Assembly: GCF_029633865.1 (NCBI RefSeq)
Contig: NC_079220.1
Span: 16,850,216-16,914,215 of the forward strand
DNA length: 64,000 bases
Source: Lampris incognitus
Lineage: Eukaryota
Direction: 5' to 3'
Part shown: positions 26,480 through 37,579 of the stretch, one piece after another
Layout: each line of letters starts with the position of its first letter
Numbering within the stretch: position 1 is the first letter of the stretch
Notes under the pieces: model-generated
Databases searched by the model: none
What the model saw: the letters and a program-made list of their open reading frames with translations, nothing else
What the model was told of the DNA's origin: nothing
Position numbers and translations under genes: made by a program

Positions 26480-29280
26480 TTGAGATGGTCTACCGAGACC
26501 CGCTCCGGCTTGCCCCCCATGTCCACCACAAAGTTCTGAGGCCCCGCTTTCAGGACGCGGGGCCCTGCAGCCCCCCTATGATGGGGGGCTGCAGGGTTGT
26601 ACAGTGGCTGTCATGGCGGATGAAGACCTACCTGGCTGACAGCAGATTCTTGGTCACACAGGACTGAGGGACGCAGTGGTGAGATGTAGGGATCAGAGCG
26701 AAAGCGTTGGCACTGTCCCAGGCCACAGCCCGATGAGAAGCTGCAGAACAGGGGGCCACAGTGTCCGGGAAAAACTACCCCGAGACACGCAGCGGCTGGC
26801 CGTAAACCAGCTTGGCAGATGAGGACTGGAAGTCTTCCTTGGAGGTGGAGCGAAGGCCGAGCATGACCAACGAGAGGCGGTCAATCCGTGAGGCTGGCAC
26901 GAAGAGCGGCCTTCATAGACTGATGAAACTGCTCACAAAGTCCGTTGCCCTGTGGGTTTTACGCCATGGTAGAGTGGAGCTTCACCCCCAGCCCCGTCGC
27001 GACTGCAGTCCAGAGCTCGGACATGATCTGTGGGTCCCTGTCGGAGTGGAGGTCAGCTGGCATGCCAAAACGGGCCACCCAGGACCCAATGAACGCCCGG
27101 GCCACTTCAGTAGACATGTTCGATGACAGGGGAACAGCTTCCGGCCACCTGGTGGTCCTATCCACCATGGTGAGAAGGTGAGTGAACTCGTGGGAGGGGG
27201 ACAGGGGGCCCACCAGGTCCACATTCATATGGTCAAAACGCCTCTCGGGCACAAGGAACGGTGCCAAGGGGGCTTTGGTATGACAGTGTACCTTGGAACG
27301 CTGGCACGCCACGCAGAAGTCAGCCCAGGTCTTGACGTCCTTGCTGAGGCCGGGCCAGGCAAACTTGGCCCCCATCAGCTTAGTGAATGCCTTCACACCC
27401 GGGTGGGATAGGCCATGGATACCATCAAAAACACAGCGTTGCCAGCCGGTGGGCACCATGGGGCAGGGCTGGTCCATGGAAACGTCGCAGAGGAGCGTGG
27501 CATTGGCGCTGTCAAACACCATATCCTCCAACCGCAGTCCGTAGCAGCCATCCGATTGGCCTGGATGTCCGCATCAGTGGCTTGGTCTGCAGCCATGGCA
27601 GCGTAATCGAGTCCCAAGTGAACGGACCCTGCCACCCCCCGGGAGAGGCAGTTGGTGACCAAGTTGTCCTTGCCAGCCACGTGCCGGTTGTCCGTGGTAA
27701 ACTCCGAGATGGCAGAAAGCTGACGCTGTTGGCACCCAGACCACGGCTCGGAGGACTTGGCCATGGCAAATGTCAGTGGGTTGTAGTCGACGAAGGCAGT
27801 GAAACGGCAGCCTTCCAACAGGAAACTGAAGTGTCGGGTGGCGAGGAAGAGACCCAGGAGCTCCCGGTCGAAAGTGCTGTACTTCCTCTCGTTCTCTTTG
27901 AGCTGTTTGCTAAAGAAGGCAAGGGGCTACCAGGCACCGCCCACCCACTGCTCGCACACCGCCCCGACCGCATAGTCAGAGGCATCGGTCATGAGGGCAA
28001 TCAGGTCGGTGGGGGATGGGATGCGCCAGCTCAGCGTTGGCCAGCGCAGCCTTGGCATCATCGAAAGCTTCATCCATCCCTGAGGACCAGTCTACCTCGC
28101 CCTTGGTTTCCTTGCCCCGCAGGGCCTCGAACAAGGGCCGCATGCGGTGAGCTGCGCGGGGAATGAACCTATTATAAAAGTTCACCATGCCCAGGAACTC
28201 CTGCAGGGACTTCACGGTGCGAGGGCGTGGGAAACTGGCAACGGCGTCCACTATAGCGGGAAGCAGAACGACTCCTTACTGGGAGATGCTGTGGCCGAGG
28301 AAGTCAATGGACAACAGGCCGAACTGGCACTTGGCTGGGTTGACTGTGAGTCCATGCGTACTGAGCCGCTCAAACTGCCGGAGGTGCATCAGGTGCTCCT
28401 CCGCAGACGCGCTGGCCACGAGAATATCGTCCAAGTAAACAAACAAGAACGGCATATCCCGTAGCACAGAGTCCATAAGCCGCTGGAACGTCTGCGCTGC
28501 CCCCGTGAGGCCAAAGGTTATCTGCAGGAACTCGAAGAGTCCAAACGGTATGATGACTGCTGTCTTGGGCACGTCCCAAGGGTGGACCAGTACCTGGTGG
28601 TAGCCCCGCACCAAATCCACTTTGGAAAAGATGTTGGCCCCTGCCAGGTGAGCGGAGAAGTCCTGTATGTGTGGGACAGGGTACCGGTCGGGGTTGTGGC
28701 GTTGTTTAGGTGATGAAAATCGCCACAGGGACGCCAACCGCCGTCAGCCTTAGAAACCATATGCAGGGGGGAGGCCCAAGGGCTGTCTGAGCGGCGCAGA
28801 ATGCCGAGGCGTTCCATGATGGCAAACTCCTCTCTGGCAATCGCGAGCTTAGCAGAGTCGAAGCGCCGAGCACGTGCGTAGACCGGGGGGCCATCGGTGG
28901 CAATATGGTGCTCCACGCCGTGCTTGGCCACCGCTGATGAGAATGTAGGTGTGGTGAGGTCAGGGAACTCTGCGAGCAGTCGTTGATACGTATCTCCGGC
29001 AGCGAGCATGTTTGACAGGCCGAGTGTTCCTGCACCTCCCAGTGTGCATGGGTATGTACCGAAAGAGACAGCATCGATCAAGTGACAGTTCGTAACATCC
29101 ACCAGCAGAGTGAAGGCACACAGGAAATCTGCGCCCAGGAGGGGAACCGACACCGCGACCATAACAAAGTCCCAACCGAAACGCCACCCGCCGAAACACA
29201 CCTCCATATACTTGGTACCGTAGGTATGTATGGGCGTGCCAGTGGGTGCAATGCTGGGTTGGAATGAAAACCTGCATACA
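26480..29280 (-). mobile_element. Ty3/Gypsy-like LTR-retrotransposon pol (RT-RNaseH-integrase), frameshifted/degenerate; LTRs not identified
   Basis: minus ORFs: 28518..29207 RT N-term (VEHHIATDGPPVYARARRF...SPWASPLHMVSKADGGWRPCGDFHHLNNATTPDTY-type), 28276..28737 RT core with FVYLDDILVAS, 27976..28251 connection (LQEFLGMVNFYNRFIP), 27393..27818 RNase H (FVDYNPLTF), 26959..27531 integrase HHCC+DDE, 26188..26529 integrase C-term GKPERVSVDHLKP. Confidence 0.75.
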
Positions 29281-29696
29281 CATGGCTGAATACAGCTGAT
29301 GATACTTTTTGGGCTTCAAACTGGTTTTGGTTTGCTTTAAGGTGCTCTCATTATTTTAACACAGTGATACTCAATCATGTGCCATGGATGGCCAGGGCCA
29401 TGTGTATGCAGAATGTCATTCCAACCATAATGTCAGATTATAGTCTAGAAATGGTTTTCTAGGTCACGGAGAGCCATGTGTACACAGGGTTTTTCTCCAG
29501 CCAAACGTGACACCAGCTGATTTCACTAACTGCCATACTATTGATCAGACAGCGAAGGACTGACAAGAGAAGTCAGATGGTGTAAACGCTGGATTGGAAA
29601 GGAAACCTACACACATATGGCTCTTCATAGCACATGATTAAATACCAGTTTTCGAAACCATTTCTAGACCAGTAGTTCTCAAACAGGTCCTTGGGT

Positions 29697-30075
29697 TGGT
29701 CCATCCATCCATCCATTATCCGAACCGCTTATCCTGCTCTCAGGGTCACGGGGATGCTGGCGCCTATCCCAGCAGTAATTGGGCGGCAGGTGGGGAGACA
29801 TCCTGGACTGGCCGCCAGGCCATCACAAGGCCGACACACATGCGTACAAACATTCACGCCTAGGGACAATTCATTACGGCCGAGTCACCTGACCTGCATG
29901 TCTTTGGACTGTAGGAGGAAACCAGAGCACCCAGAGGAAACCCACGCAGACAAGGGGAGAACATGCAAACTCCACACACCGGGCAAGCCCAAGGCTGGAC
30001 TACCCCGGGGCTCGAACCCAGGACCTTCTTGCTGTGAGGCAACCGCGCTAACCACTGCGCCACCATGCCGCCCCA
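29697..30075 (-). mobile_element. family-1 SINE copy
   Basis: catccatccattatccgaaccgcttatcctgctctcagggtcacggggatgctgg...gcgccaccatgccgcc. Confidence 0.8.
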
Positions 30076-31054
30076 GTACCAAAGGTTTTCTACTTAATTA
30101 CATTCACCATGTTGTTCCAGGTCTAACAGCTCCCTGATGGGGGCTGGACCAACTGGAATAACATGGTGAATGTAATGAATGAACTACCTGATGGAACAGA
30201 AAACCAGCAGTACTGGTGGTACCTGAGGACCTGATTGAGAACCACTGATCCAGACCAGCCTTACACTCCAGGTCCACTTCTGTACTATCTTCATACATTT
30301 CAAACCTTAAATGCATGCTAACGCATTAAGAGGCACTCTTTGAAAACTGGCAGCACATTCAAGAAAAGCCCACTGTGAAATAAAAAAAGATGCAGTTATC
30401 GCATACTCCATATAAGCAACCTTAAAATGCTGGCAAATTTTCTCTAAAAATAAAGCCACTACTTTCTAAAATGGGACTAATTTGTCATTGTGACCGGGGC
30501 AGTTATCACAGCCATTTATCTCACGCTATCTACGTCAGGACTCCATTGGGGGTACACATATCGTCAATTGACTTTGGCCAAGCAGATGCAGATCATGAAA
30601 GGAGAGGCGGCTCCTCCTTTAATTCAATTTATTGATTAGATAATTCAGTCAAAAAGGGTTAATGAAATCCCCCATGGTTGGCTGTAATTCTCTCCAGCTG
30701 TCTCCTTCAATGCAGTTCTGTGTCCATCTTTTATAATCTCTCTTGCTCTCTTTCCGTCTGTTTTTTCTATCTGTCACTCATCGCTCTCTCTCTCTCTGTC
30801 CATCCCCCTTTTGTCTCTCTCGTAAATGTCCATTTAGATCATATGGGGTTTTGTTTTTTGCCCTCTCCAGAAGTAATTGATCCAAATCTAATTTTAAAAT
30901 TGTTGCTTGACAAGCAATCCATAAGATAAAAATAAATAAATCATGGTGTGAAAATAATCTTAACTGGAAGGACATTATGAGATTGCGCCAAGAAAGCAAG
31001 TAATTTTGTAAAAAAAAAAAAGTCTCCCTTTATCTCCCCAGTTGTATCCAGCCA

Positions 31055-31058
<4 letters not shown>

Positions 31059-31116
<58 letters not shown>
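31059..31116. repeat. (TG)n microsatellite
   Basis: direct. Confidence 0.95.
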
Positions 31117-31118
<2 letters not shown>

Positions 31119-31437
31119 CCTGGCGGCCTGTCCAGGGTGTCACCCCGCCTGCCGCTCAATGATTGCTGGGATAGGCTCCAAGTTGGACCGGCGGGTGTAT
31201 TACATGCTTTGGCGTGATACCGGGCTGGGAGAGGACTAATCATAAAATCAGCAAGTGTTGTGTTGTGTTGGAATCCCAATTCTAACCTTCAACTCCAAAC
31301 CCAAGTACTAACCGTATAATAGACCGTTGAAGAAGTTAGGACTGACCAAAATGTCTCTCTGTTGGTCCTCTCAAAAATCTTCTTTAGTGTTGTTTTGCGG
31401 CGGTTGGAAAAGTCATATCGAACACACCTCGCTGTTC

Positions 31438-31438
<1 letters not shown>

Positions 31439-31530
<92 letters not shown>
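31439..31530. repeat. (CA)n microsatellite about 46 units
   Basis: direct. Confidence 0.95.
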
Positions 31531-31535
<5 letters not shown>

Positions 31536-31750
31536 GTAATTATGTTTGTGGCTACTACCACCTTGTGGCAGGCAGTTTCTCTTAGAGAAAGCTGTCGCCA
31601 TCCAGCAGATGGCGACACTTCTTCTTTTGCGTCTTCTGCTTCTTCTTCTGCGTTTTCTGTTTCTTGTTCTGCTTCTGCATCATTTTCCATATATGTGTTG
31701 CGCGTCCTCTTTCCCTGTGATAGCTACTGTACCATTTATGGTTTCTCAGA

Positions 31751-31937
31751 ATGACAAAACTACAGCTGTTGAACGCTTATTTAACGGAGCGTTTGGCGGA
31801 GGTGGTGAGGGAGATCCTGGACGTGGTGGGAGACACGGTGACGGAGTACCAGGAGGAGGCGGCCCGGACTCAGCGGGAGAACGAGAGCTTGAGGAAACAA
31901 CTCCGGGATCTTCTCCTGCTGGGGGACGAGACAGACT
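31751..31937 (+). CDS. first coding exon of a fish FiNZ-type zinc-finger gene (N-terminal FiNZ-like domain), donor GTGAGT at 31938
   Basis: MTKLQLLNAYLTERLAEVVREILDVVGDTVTEYQEEAARTQRENESLRKQLRDLLL matches the conserved teleost ZNF N-terminal pattern M..LQ.L...V.ERL.AA.EEI......T..EYEEE; ends at consensus donor (phase 1). Confidence 0.5.
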
Positions 31938-32384
31938 GTGAGTAAAAACACAGCTAGCGTTAGCATAGCTGGCTAACCAACGCTAACTTTCAAAATACCA
32001 ACAATAAAGTCAGGCAATCAATGTTTAGGAAAATTCTTCATGAACTCTAATCAACTAGAGATTAATGCTGAAATCCGCTGTCCCACCATCTGGCAGCAAT
32101 AGCTACAAACAAGTTTTTTCTTTTTCCTTTATTTAATTTTCCAAAGACGTAAACATACTGTACAAACATTTAAAACCCTGAGAGCAGGATAAGCGGTTTG
32201 GTTAACGGATGGGTGGAAACTTATAAAAAAACAAAACACAATTGCCAATCCAAATACGAATCTTAAGTATCGAGTACCGATCTGATCTTTTAGTTTTCCT
32301 GAACAGTCCAGACATAGACGTTAGTTTGGGGTCGATAGGCAAAATAATTGAGATAAAGTCAGTGCCTTTATGCATGCTTAATAA

Positions 32385-32650
32385 TCTAGGTAAGAAAATC
32401 ACAGAAAGGTGAATCAGTTCATTTGGACACAACGTTTAGTGGGAGAAACGTTTCTTCACTTACTCAAGTGACCTCGCACGTCTCAACTGACTGCAGGTAT
32501 CCCCGCCCTGATAAACAATACAGTTGCGTAACGGCCGAAACCGATGATTGGTTTCGTATGCAAATAGGCGTGACCACCAACTAGAGTTTCAATGGCCATG
32601 TGTACTACTCACGGAGGACTGGGGAATGGTTGCGACTAGAAAATGCATTT
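32385..32650 (+). repeat. interspersed repeat family (...gttcatctggacaca.gtttagtgg.agaaacgtttc...ctgactgcaggtatcccc.ccctgataaacaatacagttgc.taac.gccgaaacc...), copy 1
   Basis: further copies at 56380-57200 (split by a SINE), 58010-58080 (minus, partial) and 59560-59965. Confidence 0.55.
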
Positions 32651-34039
32651 CCTGCAGAAAATGGGTCTGAATGCTGATAGCTGAAGGAAATTGCCGAAGC
32701 AATGCTGAAATTTGCTGTAAAAACAGCTGAATTGTAAAAGTAAAACGAGGAAGCTGAAAGCTGAAGGAAATTGCTGAAGCAATGCTAAAAAATTGCTGAG
32801 TGTTATCAACTGAAAAATCACAGTTGAAAAAATGTAGGTGAAACAGCTGACAGGAAAAATTATATACTGCCTAGCTGGGAGTAGAATTGAAATACATTGA
32901 AACTTTTTAAAAGGAAATTATGTGTATTAATATCAGACGTATGAAGTGTACCATGAAAAAGATGAAGGTTTGAATTTTTTAACATTTGAAATGGAAAGAT
33001 TAAGTCTCAGTTGTGTGTGTGTGTGTGTTTGTGTAAGTGTTTGGTGTGGGTGTGTAAGTGTAGAATCGGCTAGAAGAAACCGAAAGTAACTGCCAAATGT
33101 CTCCTGACTAAATCTGTACAAAGACATATTTTCTGTGAAATCTGTTGAAATGTGTGTAAATCCACGTGGCTTGTATGTCATGTGGAAACACTGTAGCAGG
33201 ACTTTGACAAGAAATGTCAGTCAAGTGTTTGATCCAAACCAGACATCAGAGAAGTCATTTAATCAGCTGTGTGCCACACTGCACTCAGAGGTTGCCATGG
33301 CAATTGTCAGTGCTTAGTTTCTCCTGAGTGAGACAGAGACAAAAGTGAGAAGTTGCTCAGTGGACCCCCTCAAAAGTCTTCCCTCAAGTAAAAAACCATA
33401 ACTCGTGTCAGCAAAGTTACGAGACCAACAAAACCACAAGAGTTTCCTGCATGTCTTTTTCAAGATTGGTGTTCCTGGTGTCAAAAATGCGGCCGCATGA
33501 ACGAGTTGAAGACGGGGGAGTTTTCAGTTTTTCCCTGAAAATGCGCTCCTCAATTTGTGTTACAGTCTATGGAGCAGCTGAGGCTCCTCTTGTTGCTTAA
33601 AGCGCCAGTTTTCAAAAACCGTAAGTCATACAGTTTTAGGAGTCACACTGTGTGACACAGCACTTATTTGTCTATATTTCTACTTAAAATTGAGTGTTAG
33701 AAGTGAAAGATGTAGAAGCAGGAAGAGCAGAAGCAAAAACATTTTAAGGGAGGCAGAACAGCTGAAGACCTCTCAAATACACACCCATTATTAACTCAAA
33801 AACTGTCAGAAAAAGCATAAAACTTAAACTGAGATAAATGAAAAACTATAAACGATATCAAAAATCTCAATGTAAGCTTCATAGCAGAAAGTCGTGACCT
33901 GTTTAAATGACGTTACTAGGTGAAAGTATGCCAACGTAGTTACATTTCAAAGAGCAGAAGGTTTTTGAGGATTTGAACATTCTCTCCATTCATTTGAATG
34001 AGAAAAAAATTCATAAAAAGCTTAATGTTTTGAACGTAT

Positions 34040-34705
34040 ACACTACCGTTCAAAAGTTTGGGATCACCCAAACAATTTTGTGTTTTCCATGAAAAGTCAC
34101 ACTTATTCACCACCATATGTTGTGAAATGAATAGAAAATAGAGTCAAGACATTGACAAGGTTAGAAATAATGATTTGTATTTGAAATAAGATTTTTTTTA
34201 CATCAAACTTTGCTTTCGTCAAAGAATCCTCCATTTGCAGCAATTACAGCATTGCAGACCTTTGGCATTCTAGCTGTTAATTTGTTGAGGTAATCTGGAG
34301 AAATTGCACCCCACGCTTCCAGAAGCAGCTCCCACAAGTTGGATTGGTTGGATGGGCACTTCTTTGAGCAGATTGAGTTTCTGGAGCATCACATTTGTGG
34401 GGTCAATTAAACGCTCAAAATGGCCAGAAAAAGAGAACTTTCATCTGAAACTCGACAGTCTATTCTTGTTCTTAGAAATGAAGGCTATTCCATGCGAGAA
34501 ATTGCTAAGAAATTGAAGATTTCCTACACCGGTGTGTACTACTCCCTTCAGAGGACAGCACAAACAGGCTCTAACCAGAGTAGAAAAAGAAGTGGGAGGC
34601 CGCGTTGCACAACTGAGCAAGAAGATAAGTACATTAGAGTCTCTAGTTTGAGAAACCGACGCCTCACAGGTCCCCAACTGGCATCTTCATTAAATAGTAC
34701 CTGTT
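34040..34705 (+). mobile_element. Tc1/mariner 5' half (long TIR + transposase N-terminus), left arm of a head-to-head palindrome
   Basis: terminal tacactaccgttcaaaagtttgggatcaccc; ORF 34420..34707 MARKRELSSETRQSILVLRNEGYSMREIAKKLKISYTGVYYSLQRTAQTGSNQSRKRSGRPRCTTEQEDKYIRVSSLRNRRLTGPQLASSLN = Tc1 transposase HTH region; antisense of 34200-34330 encodes Tc1 C-terminal-like LWELLLEAWGAISPDYLNKLTARMPKVCNAVIAANGGFFDESKV. Confidence 0.75.
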
Positions 34706-35243
34706 AGAGCCTGTTTGTGCTGTCCTCTGAAGGGAGTAGTACACACCGGTGTAGGAAATCTTCAATTTCTTAGCAATTTCTCGCATGGAATAGCCTTCAT
34801 TTCTAAGAACAAGAATAGACTGTCGAGTTTCAGATGAAAGTTCTCTTTTTCTGGCCATTTTGAGCGTTTAATTGACCCCACAAATGTGATGCTCCAGAAA
34901 CTCAATCTGCTCAAAGAAGTGCCCATCCAACCAATCCAACTTGTGGGAGCTGCTTCTGGAAGCGTGGGGTGCAATTTCTCCAGATTACCTCAACAAATTA
35001 ACAGCTAGAATGCCAAAGGTCTGCAATGCTGTAATTGCTGCAAATGGAGGATTCTTTGACGAAAGCAAAGTTTGATGTAAAAAAAATCTTATTTCAAATA
35101 CAAATCATTATTTCTAACCTTGTCAATGTCTTGACTCTATTTTCTATTCATTTCACAACATATGGTGGTGAATAAGTGTGACTTTTCATGGAAAACACGA
35201 AATTGTTTGGGTGATCCCAAACTTTTGAACGGTAGTGTATATA
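34706..35243 (-). mobile_element. inverted, shorter copy of the same Tc1 5' half (right arm of palindrome)
   Basis: reverse complement of 34040-34575 almost base-for-base; identical ORFs on opposite strands (34304..34516 + vs 34762..34974 -; 34420.. + vs 34664..34858 -). Confidence 0.75.
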
Positions 35244-35675
35244 TTAGAAAAAAAGTTGAATGGAAGCAGAAATGTCCTTAAAAAGCGGAACATTTGATAG
35301 TTGAATGGTTTCTGTAGCACAAAGTATGCAGAAGTAGTTAGACGCCGAAAAACGTACGGAAGAAGAATAAGAAATAGAACAATAGTGTGAATGCTGAATC
35401 AGCACTGCTTTTATTTGATATGTTACACATGGCTTTGGGTAGCAGATTTTAGTCTTTGGTAAAATCTCTGATACCTATACTCCATTTTAGCCTGGTATCG
35501 ACCAACTATCCAATAACAGTGTAGGTATCAGTGCATTCCTAAAAAAACCCCACTGAACTTCGGGATTTTACAGACGTTACACAAGTAAGGAAACAAGGTA
35601 GAGCTGGGTAATATTGACATGAAATATGAGATTAGATATGGTCTGGGATTTTTATCATTAATAACATGATTTAAC

Positions 35676-35884
35676 TTAAATGTTGTCATTCCCTGGTCTT
35701 TGCTGGACGGGTTTGGAGACAAAGCAAGTGAGGCAAGATTGAGATGGTTTGGATATGTGCAGAGGAGAGATATTGGGTATATTGGAAGAAGGATGCTGAA
35801 TATGGAACTGCCAGGGAAGAGGAAAAGAGGAAGGCCAAAGAGGAGGTTTATGGATGTGGTGAGAGAGGACATGCAGATGGTTGG
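35676..35884 (+). mobile_element. LINE RT C-terminal tail fragment (left part), interrupted by the LTR element; continues at 46399
   Basis: ORF 35700..35912 ...ASEARLRWFGYVQRRDIGYIGRRMLNMELPGKRKRGRPKRRFMDVVREDMQMVG then after the LTR element 46399.. reads VTEEDAEDRKMETDDPLWPPLTG, reconstituting a continuous LINE tail. Confidence 0.65.
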
Positions 35885-36160
35885 TGTTACAACCCTGGCT
35901 CAAGGGATGTAACAAAAGAGAGACAAGACGAGGGTTGCAATAGCAATCAAAATATTTAATAATACGGAAAAAAAAGATGAATAAAGTTCAAAAAACAATG
36001 TGCTGGTCGGAGAGAGGAAGCGGTGGGATCCGGAAGTCTCAGGAAGTGCGCAGATCCCCTGGAAGCCTCCCCAGAGCGCGGGAACAACAAAGTGCAAAAC
36101 ATGCCCACCTGGAACTGAAACAGAGACAAAGCCAGCAGGCAGGAAGAGGAGGCCGTAACC
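35885..36160 (-). repeat. 3' LTR (276 bp) of Gypsy-like element; termini TGTTAC...GTAAC
   Basis: about 85-88% identical to 46123-46394; polypurine tract GGGAGGGGGGG immediately internal (36161-36172 minus strand). Confidence 0.75.
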
Positions 36161-37365
36161 CCCCCCTCCCAAAAAAAAAATCGGGGACCTTAAAGGACCC
36201 GAAACTAACAGGCACAACAACAAAACAAGCAAGACACAAACAAATCAAACCAAATAATTTTTTTTTAAAAAAACCAAAATACTAGCCTGACCTGGGACAA
36301 CCTCCGCCTCCTCCGGTCACCTCCCCTAACGGACCCCCACCCCTCAGCAACCAAGGGCCCTAGGAAGCAAATGTAAGAGAGGCGAGAGAGCCAGAATGAC
36401 GGAGACAGAGGAGGTACGGAGACAGAGACAGAAGGACAGTACAAACACCACACGGAACACAAATACTAGCCGTACCCTAACCCAACTCAGGGAGCAGGGG
36501 CACGGGAAAGAGCATCTGCCACAAAATTGTCTAGCCCCCTAATGTGACGCATGTCCAAGTGGTATGCCTGCAAAAACAGGCACCACTGCATGACCCTCTA
36601 ATTTGGGCACAGCATGGACCTCAGGAACACAAGAGGGTTATGGTTTGTATAAACCACTAACGGAACGACCCCTGACCCCACATAAATCTAAAAGTGGATC
36701 AGCGCCCAGATCAACACAAGCGCCTCCTTCTCGATCACCGAGTAGTTTAGCCTGGTTGGTGCTGAGCTTTTTAGAGAAAAAACTAATGGGTCGATCCACC
36801 CCCGAACCATCTGCCTGCAGCAGCACAGCACCAGCCCCAACGTTGCTGGCGTCTACCTGGAGTGAAAACAGAACATCGAATCTAGGTGCAGCTAGAACTA
36901 GACCCGAGGTCAAAAGTTGTTTAACATTCTCAAATGCCAGCTGACATGATCGATCCCACTCAAATTTGGCCTTAAACTTAAGCAAACTAGTCAGGGGAGC
37001 CACAACCATGGAAAAGTTCCGACAAAACCCACGGTAGTAACCCACCAACCCTACAAAGCATTGAAACTCTTTGTTGGTCGATGGGACAGGGTACAATTCA
37101 ATTCAAAACTTTATTGCAGACTCAGGGTCCAAGACAGACAAAGACAAATAGATAAAAGACAAACCCTGGACAATACACAGAGTAAACACACTAAAATCAC
37201 ATAAATGGAACAAGTCAGTGTGTTATAAGAAGGCAGCTATACCAGTGATCCCACTGCCGGGATTGGTAGCGTGTGGCACTGAATCTTATATTAGTTAAAC
37301 TCTTGATGATTACATTATTAGAGTCACTGAGCCGGTAAATACATTTATACATGAGCTTTCAAATC

Positions 37366-37575
37366 AAATCAAATCAATTTTATTTGTATAGCCCAATATC
37401 ACAAATTACAAATTTGCCTCAGTGGGCTTAACAGCAACACAACATCCTGTCCTTAGACCCTCTCATCGGATAAGGAAAAACTCCCTAAAAAACCCCTTTA
37501 ACAGGGAGAAAAAATAGGAAGAAACCTCAGGGAGAGCAACAGAGGAGGGATCTCTCTCCCAAGACGGACAGCGTG
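37366..37575 (-). repeat. 215 bp repeat family copy 4, abutting the LINE 3' region
   Basis: as 13010 copy; tract here is (caaat)n. Confidence 0.6.
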
Positions 37576-37579
37576 TAAT

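Noticed and set aside
32440-32560. Possible hammerhead ribozyme in the PLE-associated repeat (ctgata…cgaaac)
   Set aside because: The CUGAUGA and GAAA cores and helices are not reproduced in the other copies (56.9 kb, 59.7 kb); an Rfam scan is needed before any call
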